NCBI GenBank assembly: GCA_000146465.1
Contig: CP001949.1
Reading direction: 5' to 3' (one strand)
Length of the DNA stretch: 64,000 nt
Shown here: piece after piece, positions 1 to 10,084 of the stretch
Layout of the letters: the number at the start of each line of letters is the position of its first letter
Numbering within the stretch: position 1 is the stretch's first letter
Position numbers and translations under genes: made by a program
The notes under the pieces: model-generated
Databases searched by the model: none
The model's input: the letters and a program-made list of their open reading frames with translations, nothing else
What the model was told of the DNA's origin: nothing

Positions 1-777
1 GCATCTCTTTTTGTAAAGACACATTTTTTAACAAAGAGGAACAATATTACAATATTTGATTTCACCATAATCAGAGGGTCGGTTCCAATCTTCTGGAATC
101 AGATGGAGTATGGAATCTCCACAAAAATAAACATTTATGGAGACGAGGATGGAGTGCGAAAGGCATTTGCAAAGCATTTCAAGAAGCTCAAGAGGGAATA
201 TGGAAAAGTACATGTAATCAATCTTCTAGGAGAAAAAAAACATGAAAAGCAGCTTACCTTGCACTTCAATAGACTCTTAGACCTCGAGGACATCCCACAT
301 ACAACGTTTGATTTAAATGCTCATGCAAACAACTACGACGATCTGAAGTTTCTTCTTTACTTCAAGCTGCAAAGTATCGATATGAAGGATACAGTCTTCC
401 GAGTAAACTGCTTGGATTGTTTGGATAGGACAAACGTTGCACAGTCTTTGATATGCATGTTCTATTTCGAAAAAGTCGTAAGGAGCGAGGAAGTCCTGAA
501 GAAGATGCAGGAATGCTGGGCAGACAATGGAAATTCACTAAGCAACTTATATACGGGGTCTGATGCAATGAAGAGAGAACTGGCTCTTAAGGGCAGGAGA
601 TCGTTTATTGGATACATGGATGATTTTGTCATTTCTGCAACACGGCTTATAAATGGAAGGTTTACCGATAGACAAAAGCACAGCATTATCAATGTTTTAT
701 TGGAAAAGAAGGAGGACTCAGAAGAGATAGGGGCTCTTAGCCTTGATATGGAAATCATTAATAGGCCTATATCTTGA
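1..777 (+). CDS. SAC1: Sac-domain phosphoinositide phosphatase (Sac1-like), 5'-truncated by window edge
   Basis: Frame 1 is open from base 1 (ASLFVKTHF...GSVPIFWNQMEYG...), upstream of the ORF-track Met at 103. Catalytic CX5R(T/S) motif RVNCLDCLDRTNVAQS and GSVPIFWNQ are diagnostic of Sac domains. Confidence 0.8.
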   Translation, partial: ASLFVKTHFLTKRNNITIFDFTIIRGSVPIFWNQMEYGISTKINIYGDEDGVRKAFAKHFKKLKREYGKVHVINLLGEKKHEKQLTLHFNRLLDLEDIPHTTFDLNAHANNYDDLKFLLYFKLQSIDMKDTVFRVNCLDCLDRTNVAQSLICMFYFEKVVRSEEVLKKMQECWADNGNSLSNLYTGSDAMKRELALKGRRSFIGYMDDFVISATRLINGRFTDRQKHSIINVLLEKKEDSEEIGALSLDMEIINRPIS

Positions 778-787
778 TTAAACCCTC

Positions 788-1060
788 TTAAAGATGCTGC
801 TTTACATATTCAATGGCCCTCTCAAGAACGTTTATGTCGACTCCACTCAGTCCGCCAACAAAGATTGTCCTCAGAATCCCAGACCTAAACATTCCATACA
901 TACGTACCCATGACCCTATATCCAGCTGCTTCTCGGTGGCCATGATGATGCTCCTCTCCTTGAATACCACCTTGTATCTCCCACTTCCAAGCCTACTCTC
1001 AACCTTTCCAAAGGAGTATATGGTTTTTCCCTCTATAGGTCTGTCCAAAAGGCTCAACAT
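788..1060 (-). CDS. hypothetical small protein (90 aa), weak Sm-like resemblance
   Basis: Only ORF filling the gap between SAC1 and the DHHC gene; the overlapping + strand ORF 813..1064 looks like low-complexity noise. GGLSGVDINVLERAIE loosely resembles an Sm1 motif but the family is not established. Confidence 0.3.
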   Translation of the reverse strand: MLSLLDRPIEGKTIYSFGKVESRLGSGRYKVVFKERSIIMATEKQLDIGSWVRMYGMFRSGILRTIFVGGLSGVDINVLERAIEYVKQHL

Positions 1061-1083
1061 CTGAAAGTTTCAAAATAAGGTGA

Positions 1084-1926
1084 TTGGTTCCAAAATGTTC
1101 AAATAGAAGCCATCCCTTTAACAGGAAAATGAGCATCAAAGCCCATGAGTCTTGTTCCGATCAGCTTAGAACAAGGTTTGTGATGTTTTTGCATATCAAA
1201 ATGTACATAGGAACCTTGATGTATTGCCTGCTACTTGTCAAAACGTTTTATGGATCCCTGTGTCTTGTGCTCTTGGTTGTGGCCAACTCTTTGTCGTTTC
1301 TGAAGGCGTGTCTGAACGACCCGGGAAGAGTGAATAAAAAGACATATCATAAGTACCTGCCGGATGTGGTTGCATTTGAAAAGAACATCTCGACGCAGAT
1401 ATGCACCAACAAGAATGGGGATTGGATAAGAGCCATAAGGATCAACGGAACCGAGTATGAGGAAAAGTATTGTTTGGAATGTAATTTATTTCGTATTGGA
1501 GGGATGTCCCATTGTAGAGAATGCAACAGATGCATCTTAGACATGGACCATCATTGCCTATGGTTTGGAAATTGCATAGGCAGAAATAATATAAGGCACT
1601 TCCATATCTATCTGTACACTTTGGTTGCTGTTATCTTGGTGAATGCAGCATTGCTGTATAGCTTGATAGCCATATATCCCTGGAGAAATACTCCACCCGG
1701 GCTAGCACTCAAAACCTTCTTATTTCTCCTTGCAGTGTTATATACCTTGTTTTTCTGTGTTATCTTTCTATTCACGGCCTTCAACATATATGTGGCCTTG
1801 AATTCTTCAACATCAAAGGACTTCATCAAGAACGGCCTGAAAAACAAAAGGTTCGATCTTAAGAGAGCCTGCAGAAATCTCTCGAGAATCAGGCCAGAGA
1901 TGTCTTCTTCTCAGCCATCGGTGTAA
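1084..1926 (+). CDS. DHHC-type protein S-acyltransferase
   Basis: CLECNLFRIGGMSHCRECNRCILDMDHHCLWFGNCIG is the DHHC-CRD; four predicted TM segments flank it. Start could also be Met16 (about 1129). Confidence 0.85.
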   Translation: MVPKCSNRSHPFNRKMSIKAHESCSDQLRTRFVMFLHIKMYIGTLMYCLLLVKTFYGSLCLVLLVVANSLSFLKACLNDPGRVNKKTYHKYLPDVVAFEKNISTQICTNKNGDWIRAIRINGTEYEEKYCLECNLFRIGGMSHCRECNRCILDMDHHCLWFGNCIGRNNIRHFHIYLYTLVAVILVNAALLYSLIAIYPWRNTPPGLALKTFLFLLAVLYTLFFCVIFLFTAFNIYVALNSSTSKDFIKNGLKNKRFDLKRACRNLSRIRPEMSSSQPSV

Positions 1927-1994
1927 GTTGTGGTTTAAATCTCATTGAAGGCCCATTTGTAGTCCCAAATGTATAAAAAGATTTTCTTGGATTT

Positions 1995-3896
1995 CTAGGC
2001 AACACTTGAATCATTTTCTGTTTCTGTATCATTGGGTCTACCATCGGCCTGGTAATCTCGCTTGTAGAAGAGTTCTCTGGACGTAAGAAGCATCGAGTCC
2101 TTTGACTTGAACTCGCTACAGTTGTTAAGGTGTTCAAATTCCACTCTGAAGATTGTCCATACAAATCTCCGGGTTATTTCCAGGAATACTATCCAGAACA
2201 CTGGGATCTCAAACCAATAAAAGAATACCCACGAAAATCTACACAGCACATTGAATACTATTCCGCAGCTATACGTACATCTCGGATATATCATCTTGCT
2301 TCGGATAATGCCCCAGTCCATAAATAGATCCCAAGTGGCAGAGTATATCGATGAGATGGTGATAACCATCATCTTATAGACAAACAATTCCCATGTTCTT
2401 TTTGTCGCATATAAAGGAATAGAAAATCCAGTCAGGATGGCAAAGGAGTACTTAAGGGCATTTGCAATGTGCGGAAACTTAAGACGGGTGTCTCTATAAC
2501 GCCTAATACATTGCAAGAACCTTATTATTGCAAAGAAAGAGTTGGCATACCCCTCTACCTTCCAATTGAGATGCCTCCCGCAGAAGAATATCTTCTTGAA
2601 GCAAGGCGTAAAGCTCTGGCCAACATCTGCAAAGTAGAAATGCCTGAATCTGACAAACGACATAGGAAACACAATTATTCTAAACACGATAAGAAGAAGA
2701 TAGAACCTCGACTCGTAGTGGAGTACTTTAAATGGAATCAAAATTATAAGGAGATGGCCCAGAAGTAGATAATATGGATTAAGATGCAAAAAGGAAATAT
2801 TGATCCATGTTCCAACCACATTAGCAAATATCGAGAGGGAAACCAGAAATAGATACTTATCTGAAGTCAGTGACGAGCACATATCGAAGTTGAAAATAAA
2901 CTTGTAGTTTATGTGGAATCTTTTGAATATAACGAGAGATGTTCCAAAAAGAAATGCCCCGTACTGTAGAAGTACCATAGAAAAAAACAGCTCCTTATCC
3001 ATCTGGCTCTTCCCAAAGTTAATTAGCCCCATCATCCCAAGAGATATCCCTCCCAGTGCACCAGACACATAAGAGATAAGGGGGTCTGCTTTGGTCTTGA
3101 CCCTTAATTTCTTGAATACCGTCTTTGCTTTGGCTGGGTTGTCTTTCGCAAACACGCTTCTGTAGAGTTCTTTTACAGACCTGTATATGTCGTCAATCCG
3201 CGAGGATTTGTTGAAGTACGACTCATTAACATTTCTAGAAAAATGCTCATGAAATCTTTCCTGAGGATACGCCTTGTCGTATTTCTTTGATAGCTTCATT
3301 AGCCCTGTGTAGTTCAACTCCCTAAACCTTTTGATGCTGATCACCGCATGAAGAAACTCTTGTATATTCTTCTCCCTTCTTCTTCTTTCCAAACGCTTGG
3401 AGATCTTGAATATCTCTCCAATGCCCTTTTCGTCTGTTCCTTTCCTTACCTTCTTAATCAAATACTCAAATCTACTGTTCCTATCTTCCGAGGATGTGCT
3501 CGACCCTTTGGAATCCTCATCATCTCCTTCCTCATCAAGCTCCATCTTCATATCCGACTTGACCCTTAGCCGATCCTGCTGGTCATCCCTCCCCATGCCA
3601 TAGTCGTCACTTAAACACATGGCTTTCTTTTGTGAATCCCTTATTCTCACTCCAGGGTCCTTTGGAGACTTTTCCTCAGGGGATACCCCGGCATCGGCAA
3701 ATATCTCCTCCTTTTCAAGCATAGCCTTCTTTTCCAGTAGAAAAAAGAAATCGTTTATCTTCCGAAGCTCACCATTAATCCGAGTTTTGAACTCCTCTCT
3801 ATCCTGGCTCAACAGGGGTTTGAGGGTTTCATAGGATACATAATTATCCTTCCACTCATCGACTTGGTTTGCCCTCAAAGTGTTGGAAAATCTCAT
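1995..3896 (-). CDS. SPX-EXS domain protein (XPR1/SYG1/PHO1-like phosphate exporter family)
   Basis: N-terminal SPX signature MRFSNTLRANQVDEWKDNYVSYETLKPL. Multi-TM C-terminal EXS region ending ...SATWDLFMDWGI.... ORF track extends to 4001; the conserved SPX start MRFS is at 3896. Confidence 0.8.
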   Translation of the reverse strand: MRFSNTLRANQVDEWKDNYVSYETLKPLLSQDREEFKTRINGELRKINDFFFLLEKKAMLEKEEIFADAGVSPEEKSPKDPGVRIRDSQKKAMCLSDDYGMGRDDQQDRLRVKSDMKMELDEEGDDEDSKGSSTSSEDRNSRFEYLIKKVRKGTDEKGIGEIFKISKRLERRRREKNIQEFLHAVISIKRFRELNYTGLMKLSKKYDKAYPQERFHEHFSRNVNESYFNKSSRIDDIYRSVKELYRSVFAKDNPAKAKTVFKKLRVKTKADPLISYVSGALGGISLGMMGLINFGKSQMDKELFFSMVLLQYGAFLFGTSLVIFKRFHINYKFIFNFDMCSSLTSDKYLFLVSLSIFANVVGTWINISFLHLNPYYLLLGHLLIILIPFKVLHYESRFYLLLIVFRIIVFPMSFVRFRHFYFADVGQSFTPCFKKIFFCGRHLNWKVEGYANSFFAIIRFLQCIRRYRDTRLKFPHIANALKYSFAILTGFSIPLYATKRTWELFVYKMMVITISSIYSATWDLFMDWGIIRSKMIYPRCTYSCGIVFNVLCRFSWVFFYWFEIPVFWIVFLEITRRFVWTIFRVEFEHLNNCSEFKSKDSMLLTSRELFYKRDYQADGRPNDTETENDSSVA

Positions 3897-4143
3897 CCTT
3901 TTATGGGTGACATATTTTCTCCAATTCAAGTCCAATTGGAAAGAATCGAAAGACAGATGGAAAAGCTTTGCACTGGAATAGGGAGGATGGTGGAGCAGCA
4001 TTCCAAGATAGGAAGGTTTCTAATAGCCCAGGAAAAGATATTAACCAGAAGAACACAGACCCTCCAAAACGGAGAGGCGCTTTGAATCCAGCTCCAAGTT
4101 CCATCAAGTTTTTATCTAGCTTCCAAATGACGTCCCACCCCAT

Positions 4144-5436
4144 ATGGAAGACAGCGGATCCAAAGAAACTATTCAAGAAGAGTCTACAACAATTATCAAG
4201 AACGAACGAACATTCTTCAATCCTGCACAAAAATTCAATCGGGACATATCTGTAGAGATTATCAGGGAATGCTTCAAGGACTCCACTTCTATTCGAATTT
4301 TGGATGCAATGTCTGCTACGGGGCTACGCGGAATAAGATATCTCAAGGAGATAGAAAACTCCAGAGTTTATCTGAATGACATCTCCCAATCTTCTGTCGA
4401 GACAATCAAGGCAAACATTCTTCTGAATGGAATCGAGGATGTAGAGTGCTTTGAATCTGTCTTCCAGAATATTAAGACAAGTAAAGATGTAAGAGCCACT
4501 ATTACAAAGTCTGACTGCAACGTTTTAATGGCTTCTCTCCCCTGTTTCTTCGATGTCATCGACATAGATCCCTTTGGAAGCTGTTCTGAATACATTGACA
4601 GTGCGCTACGAGCGATTAGACACAGAGGGATCATATGCCTTACTGCAACAGACAAGGGAGTTCTGTGTTCTAACGAGAGGAAGTGCCTCATCAAGTATTC
4701 CACAAGTATCATGAAAGGAGTGGGGACAAACGAAGTTCCGTTAAGAACAATTATATCCCTAGTGTCAAGGCAAGCATCTAAATTCGATTGTAGTGTGGAG
4801 CCAGTGGCATCTCTAAGCATTGATTTCTATGTTAGAATATTTCTTCGAATAGTAAGGAGAAATCCAAGGTCCGTGATTGAAAAAAACAGCCTTTTCTGGA
4901 TGTGCACCTGCCACAACATCTTTGAAGTTAGAAATGGCGAGGACATTAGCAACAAATGTGATAACTGCAGCAGAAGAATGAAGTTGTGCGGCCCGTTCTG
5001 GAATGGCCCTCTGAACGATATAAATGTCATCCAGGGAGTCTTGAACAGAGCAAAGGAGGATAACAAGAGATTGATTGGAGTGCTAAGGCATCTAGAGCAA
5101 GAGCTACCAACAATGTTTTATTACGAGATTCCTCGTCTGTGTTCAATACTAGGAATCAGCTCTGTCAAACAATTGAGGGTGATGCATGCGCTAGCAAATA
5201 TGGGGTATCGGGTGTCTTACACACATTCGGAGCTGAATGCTATCAAGACAGATGCGCCGATTGGCTTGATAAACAAAGTGCTGTTGCTGAGCGATGGGAG
5301 TAACCAAGAAAAGGCAGAGGTGCTTGGTCTAAAGTTTGAGGGGAATAAAAATATAGAGGCTCTTGAGACCATAGAGTTTTTCAAGGGCCTTATCAAGTCG
5401 GGGATGGGGCCTCTCTCTCTTCCTAAGAAACATTAA
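4144..5436 (+). CDS. TRM1: tRNA (guanine26-N2)-dimethyltransferase
   Basis: N-terminal [17 protein letters not shown] matches the Trm1 FYNPvqEFNRDlsv motif; also a C-terminal Cys cluster (CTCHNIFEV...[15 protein letters not shown]). CCC run immediately upstream of ATG. Confidence 0.8.
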   Translation: MEDSGSKETIQEESTTIIKNERTFFNPAQKFNRDISVEIIRECFKDSTSIRILDAMSATGLRGIRYLKEIENSRVYLNDISQSSVETIKANILLNGIEDVECFESVFQNIKTSKDVRATITKSDCNVLMASLPCFFDVIDIDPFGSCSEYIDSALRAIRHRGIICLTATDKGVLCSNERKCLIKYSTSIMKGVGTNEVPLRTIISLVSRQASKFDCSVEPVASLSIDFYVRIFLRIVRRNPRSVIEKNSLFWMCTCHNIFEVRNGEDISNKCDNCSRRMKLCGPFWNGPLNDINVIQGVLNRAKEDNKRLIGVLRHLEQELPTMFYYEIPRLCSILGISSVKQLRVMHALANMGYRVSYTHSELNAIKTDAPIGLINKVLLLSDGSNQEKAEVLGLKFEGNKNIEALETIEFFKGLIKSGMGPLSLPKKH

Positions 5437-5480
5437 AGTCTTTTAAGCATACGGGTTTTTCTTTTTCCGATTTCCAGTCC

Positions 5481-5978
5481 ATGGGTATATCTCGGCTCTA
5501 TGTATTGAGTAGGCTAAACAAAACCCTCTGTTATATGTCCTGGAAGTTCCTCAATGTGTTGAAGGAGAGAACAGGAGTGGAAAGCATTACTAAAGAACAG
5601 GTAAAAGGAATCAAGGAGCTTGTAAGGAAAGCACACGAGTGGGATGAGAAAAAGGCCCGGGAGCATATGAATTTGGTACTGAAGATGCCCGAGGAGGAGT
5701 ACTCGAAGCTTTGGAAAATAGACTTATACTCTATAAGCGACTGCGATAAGGAAAAACTCAAGAACCTCGACCAAAAGACGGTGTTCAACAATATCATGTG
5801 GCTGTCACGCAACGTAGAGAAAATAGATTCAAGTATGAGGAAGTTTCTTGGAATGCATGTCTGGGTGGTAAACTACTGGATTAAAACGGTTGGGTCGTCA
5901 ACAGTCCGAAAATTCCTAAGAGAAAACAACTATAGTGGAGAGTTTGTGTACTTCCTGTATAAATACTTTAATCTCTAA
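5481..5978 (+). CDS. hypothetical protein (165 aa)
   Basis: Single ORF between TRM1 and the convergent kinase gene; no recognisable motif. Confidence 0.3.
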   Translation: MGISRLYVLSRLNKTLCYMSWKFLNVLKERTGVESITKEQVKGIKELVRKAHEWDEKKAREHMNLVLKMPEEEYSKLWKIDLYSISDCDKEKLKNLDQKTVFNNIMWLSRNVEKIDSSMRKFLGMHVWVVNYWIKTVGSSTVRKFLRENNYSGEFVYFLYKYFNL

Positions 5979-7401
5979 ACACCTGTCCTTTCCAGTTTAT
6001 GGCCGCGTCTTTTTCTCCGTCTTGACTAACAAATAGAATGAAGTTCACCACAAAGTCGATAAACTCGATCTTACTTCCCTCTGCAAGCGTGAGAGTGCAT
6101 GTAGTAAATGGAATCTTCTCGGAAAGCTCTATCTTCACCAATAGTCCATTGGAATGATGGACGGTATATCCAGACTTCTTTCTAAAGGTTACTTTTGGAA
6201 ATGCCGACAGGGAACGTTCAATGAGGATTCTAGACATCTCCAAACTCAAATTTATGTCCCTCTTCACAGCATACATTTTTCTTCTGTTCCATAGAAAAGG
6301 TAGAAAGCATCCCCCCCTTATAGGCTTCATTCCACGGAGTATTTCATGTCTCCATGTCCTCCTTTGGTGGGTCTGGGCCGCTTTTTCATCAACCATAAAG
6401 CTGAGGTCGACAATGCTGTAAGGACGGCAAAGACAGACTTCTCCAGGGACAAGGAGGAGGTTTCCCGACAATAACTTTCTGTTAACCAAGCAGTAGGCCG
6501 AGTACTCTCTGGAGTTTTTGTCTGTGATATTATTGAGAACATCTTCTTTTCTGAATCCTATTTCAATCAGCCTTTCGATAACTTTGCCGTCAATAAAAAT
6601 TATCCTTTTTCTGTGATCCTCTCTTGTAACATTTATCCAAGGATGCTTCATTATCTGATCTATTTCTATTCTCATGGACCTGTCAGGTTCTATAATCCTT
6701 CTTATTAGGTCCTTTAATTCATCGGACAGAGACCCATCAATCTTCATCTTCGACAAAATTGCATTCCTCCCCATGAGACTTATGTCCGCATCTTCAAAAG
6801 GCAGTCTTCCATGGACCATTGCATAGAGAATCACACCTAGACACCAAATATCAACCTCAGGGCCAACGTATGGGATTCCCCTCATGATTTCTGGAGGTGC
6901 GCATTGGGGAGTTCCGCAGTAATCCTTTAGCACGGAAGATCTGTCGTAGAATGCCGAAAGCCCAAAATCACATATCTTGACCGACTCCCCACTGATCATG
7001 ATATTTTCTAGCTTTAAGTCTCGATGCACAATAGAGTGGCTGTGGAGATAATCCACTCCATACAACATCTGGACAAACAGAGACCTTGCATGTGTCTCGC
7101 TCAGTCTCCCGTTTCTTCTTATATACTTGTGAAGATCAATTCCTCTCACTAACTCTAGAACCAGTACCAGGTTTCTCGATGTGCTGATACATCCATAAAG
7201 CTTGCATATGTTTTCATGGTCTAGGATCAATTGTATCTTCGGTTCAAAACTATTCTTCCATTGGTCCACATCCTTTTTGGCAAATTTTATGGCCACATCC
7301 ATCCCGGTAATTTTGTCAACGGCCGATAATACATCTCCATAGCTTCCCGAGCCAAGCACTCCAGTTATATCAAAGTTCAAAAACTTTCTTTGAAGGTGCA
7401 T
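5968..7401 (-). CDS. Ser/Thr protein kinase, CAMK-like (MARK/Kin1/Chk1-type) with C-terminal regulatory domain
   Basis: GSGSYGDV...AIK, HRDLKLENIM, DFGLS, GTPQCAPPE, followed by a C-terminal domain of about 200 aa (KA1-like). Confidence 0.75.
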   Translation of the reverse strand: MHLQRKFLNFDITGVLGSGSYGDVLSAVDKITGMDVAIKFAKKDVDQWKNSFEPKIQLILDHENICKLYGCISTSRNLVLVLELVRGIDLHKYIRRNGRLSETHARSLFVQMLYGVDYLHSHSIVHRDLKLENIMISGESVKICDFGLSAFYDRSSVLKDYCGTPQCAPPEIMRGIPYVGPEVDIWCLGVILYAMVHGRLPFEDADISLMGRNAILSKMKIDGSLSDELKDLIRRIIEPDRSMRIEIDQIMKHPWINVTREDHRKRIIFIDGKVIERLIEIGFRKEDVLNNITDKNSREYSAYCLVNRKLLSGNLLLVPGEVCLCRPYSIVDLSFMVDEKAAQTHQRRTWRHEILRGMKPIRGGCFLPFLWNRRKMYAVKRDINLSLEMSRILIERSLSAFPKVTFRKKSGYTVHHSNGLLVKIELSEKIPFTTCTLTLAEGSKIEFIDFVVNFILFVSQDGEKDAAINWKGQVFRD

Positions 7402-7573
7402 ATGCTCTGTTATTTCCTCGGAGAGTATTTCAAAAAGTGTTTCATATTATGAAGCATTGCTTTTGTCTTGAATATTCAATACATGAGTATTGGAAAGTAC
7501 CGCTTGGGAGATGCAAACACAGACAGACGTTTCGGAAATTCTGGCCTCGATGAGTATAAAATTCTAATAAATA

Positions 7574-8725
7574 ATGGAAGACAAAGTTATGCTATTTATC
7601 TATCTAGCATTAACATATGCTATGGAAGAGATGGGATATATATTTTCTGAGGGAAAACAGCGATTCCTGACACGGAATGGAGTGAACATAGTTGTAGGAA
7701 GATCAAAAGACAAGCCGCTCAAGTTTCGAATGGTGGAAATGGATGGCAAGAATTCCCACAACATGCTTCTTTTTCCTGTTCCAAAGATGGGTGGCAATAA
7801 GGTTGCAGATCTTGCACTGAATGGCAGCAGGAAATGGCATTTCTATCCAAAGCATGGAAATTGGAATCAAAGAACGAAGTTTATTCTGTTACCTGGAAAC
7901 GCTTTGAAAATCGTTGTTGGGTCGGAATGTATTGGAGTTAGAGAAGACAACCAAGTGGTTGGAGAAACCTGTAGAAATAACGGAGAAGATCTTTTTCAAA
8001 TCTTTAGCTGGATTCCTATAAGCCAAAAGAAAAAAGTAAAAGCATGGTTCCATAGGAACAGATATGAGCAAGAAGAAGAAAATCAGAACTTTCCCGAAGA
8101 CGACAGAGACTCGGGCTCGGAAGATAAGAACTATGGACCAGATAACTCGCCCTACGATAGTGAAACAAGTTCTTCTGATTATTGGAGAGGGGAAAGGCAA
8201 TTCTATGATTTCGACTATGATGGGGGATTAGGAGGAGGATATGGTTCGTTTGGGCTTGGAATGGGATCCCTTGGAGGAAGAAGAAGAAGATATAGGCGTG
8301 ACGAAGACCATCTTAAATTCACCGAGGACGGAGAAGAAGACACATACAAGAGCGATGGAGGCAAAGACTATCGCGAAGAAAGGATGTTTCGGAGAAAGAG
8401 GATGGGAAACTATTCCGGACATAGAAAAGGAAGACATCATAAAGGAAGTAAAGAATTGGATGGAGGTTTTCTGCAGGGAAGAGATATGATGTTTGGAGAT
8501 CTTAGCAGCTCTGAGATGATGGACTACTTCGGAAACCTTCAGGAATATGACAGGAAAAATAGGGCACTTAGGGGAAATCCTCCTAATGGGTGTGGGAATT
8601 TGGACGGGATAGTATTTGCAGAAGGTTCCAACAATTGCAATACAGGAGGGCCTGGGGAGAACGAAATATGTAGGATAAACAAAACAACGACGGCCTTCCG
8701 TAAGATGGTTGGCATTCCTATTTAA
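7574..8725 (+). CDS. secreted protein: signal peptide + beta-trefoil/ricin-B-like N-domain + G/R/D/Y-rich low-complexity tail
   Basis: N-terminal hydrophobic leader MLFIYLALTYA; Cys pair and QxF/W-type motifs (FQIFSWIP); C-terminal 200 aa rich in G, R, D, Y, E. Confidence 0.45.
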   Translation: MEDKVMLFIYLALTYAMEEMGYIFSEGKQRFLTRNGVNIVVGRSKDKPLKFRMVEMDGKNSHNMLLFPVPKMGGNKVADLALNGSRKWHFYPKHGNWNQRTKFILLPGNALKIVVGSECIGVREDNQVVGETCRNNGEDLFQIFSWIPISQKKKVKAWFHRNRYEQEEENQNFPEDDRDSGSEDKNYGPDNSPYDSETSSSDYWRGERQFYDFDYDGGLGGGYGSFGLGMGSLGGRRRRYRRDEDHLKFTEDGEEDTYKSDGGKDYREERMFRRKRMGNYSGHRKGRHHKGSKELDGGFLQGRDMMFGDLSSSEMMDYFGNLQEYDRKNRALRGNPPNGCGNLDGIVFAEGSNNCNTGGPGENEICRINKTTTAFRKMVGIPI

Positions 8726-8836
8726 GGCCTGTACCATGAATAAAGATTTTGCCAATATCAAGTTTTATTTGTGCTTTTTTGATCCACAAAGCTTTGGCTT
8801 CTGTACATAGGTTCAAGTAGGCGTGGGCTGATTGAA

Positions 8837-9535
8837 GTGTCTGCAAAAAGGAGAAAAAAGTTTAAAAGGCAACTGGAAGAGAGAGCTATGGAAGCCTGGA
8901 AGATGATAAATAAACTTGTGGCATACATAGAGCTTCTTATTGTAACCTTTGTTATCCTTTTGTATCTTCTAGGACTTTACGAGGCTGCCATTGTTTCTGG
9001 TGTATCGTTCCGCATATATTTGCTTCTGACTTCGTTTTACTACTACGTGGGGTGCCTGGCGAAGTCTCCTGGACAGCTCCTCGACTTTGGAAATGCAAAT
9101 GTAAAAGGAATATGCAATAGATGCAACAGGATAGTGGGGACAAAAACAGTCCACTGCGAGATATGTAACAAATGCTATCATAAACGAGACCACCATTGCC
9201 CAATAATAGGAAGATGTGTTGCATCCAATAACCTCAAGGATCTGTATTTGGCGGTTTTCTTCATGAGTCTTCATTCCCTGGCTGCAGTTCTGAGAGGTTC
9301 GACGAAGTTCGCTTACATGATGTCCATCCACAAGTATCTGCTTGCTATGTCGAGTGCATTTACATGCTGGCTAACACTCCTTATACTCACAGGCAAAACA
9401 ACAAAGGAACTGACCAGAGCCAAGGGCAATATAACCAGCGAAATGAAGATTTCCAGGCTGAAAGACATGTTCCGTAACGGGCTGATGGATACGCTGGTCC
9501 CCTATCTAAAGTGGAAGACACACATTGTAAGATAA
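8837..9535 (+). CDS. DHHC-type protein S-acyltransferase (second copy)
   Basis: CNRCNRIVGTKTVHCEICNKCYHKRDHHCPIIGRCV DHHC-CRD with flanking TM segments. Confidence 0.85.
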   Translation: MSAKRRKKFKRQLEERAMEAWKMINKLVAYIELLIVTFVILLYLLGLYEAAIVSGVSFRIYLLLTSFYYYVGCLAKSPGQLLDFGNANVKGICNRCNRIVGTKTVHCEICNKCYHKRDHHCPIIGRCVASNNLKDLYLAVFFMSLHSLAAVLRGSTKFAYMMSIHKYLLAMSSAFTCWLTLLILTGKTTKELTRAKGNITSEMKISRLKDMFRNGLMDTLVPYLKWKTHIVR

Positions 9536-9592
9536 TCAAGATTTATTTGGAACTTCGAGCTCCCAAGCCTCCATTATAAACGTGTTTTTAGA

Positions 9593-10084
9593 CTAACTAT
9601 TTTCTCTTCTTCGAAAAATGTTGGCAAGCCTGTTAGCCTCATTTTTCTCGATATTGTTCTTTCTTTGTCTCCTAAGTGCAGACACAGTTATTTCTCCATC
9701 CTTCACTGCTGCCTTCAGAATCCTATTTTTCTTGCTGTGGGGCCCGTATCGAGGAATATATTCTCCTATCTCCTCGTCGTACACAAGAGATCCTTTCTTT
9801 CTTCTTTTTATTCCCTTGGCCCTTGCGAATCTCTCCCATCTCGTCTCAACATGCTCTTTTAAGTATTGCTTGGGAAGGACTATTCTGGGCTCTGGGAGGA
9901 CAAATACAAGGTCTGAGCCCCTCCTTGCCGACTGGCAGGTCTTTATCTCCTTTACAATCCCCTTCAATAAATTAGATGTTTCCTGATTCAGATCCGAGCT
10001 TCTAACCGCATTACTGTCCACTATCGTTAGAAACTTCAAATGATTCATTTCTCTGAAGGGCTGCCCAACCAAATAAAAAATCAT
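9593..10084 (-). CDS. RRS1: ribosome biogenesis regulatory protein
   Basis: ETRWERFARAKGIKRRKKGSLVYDEEIGEYIPRYGP matches the Rrs1 core (ETRWERFAKeKGI..vyDEetgeWvPrwG). ATG at 10084 overlaps the stop of the upstream V-ATPase gene (ATGA); an internal Met (MNHLKF, about 10048) is the alternative start. Confidence 0.7.
   Translation of the reverse strand: MIFYLVGQPFREMNHLKFLTIVDSNAVRSSDLNQETSNLLKGIVKEIKTCQSARRGSDLVFVLPEPRIVLPKQYLKEHVETRWERFARAKGIKRRKKGSLVYDEEIGEYIPRYGPHSKKNRILKAAVKDGEITVSALRRQRKNNIEKNEANRLANIFRRRENS

Noticed and set aside
813-1064. 83-aa plus-strand ORF overlapping the 90-aa minus-strand ORF between SAC1 and the DHHC gene
   Set aside because: Its translation is Leu/Ser/Pro-rich with no structure-like pattern. 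The minus-strand alternative has a more protein-like composition; the function of neither is established.
8228-8761. 177-aa minus-strand ORF antisense to the secreted G/R/D/Y-rich gene 7574..8725
   Set aside because: It is antisense to the low-complexity coding region and mirrors that compositional bias, so it has no independent support.
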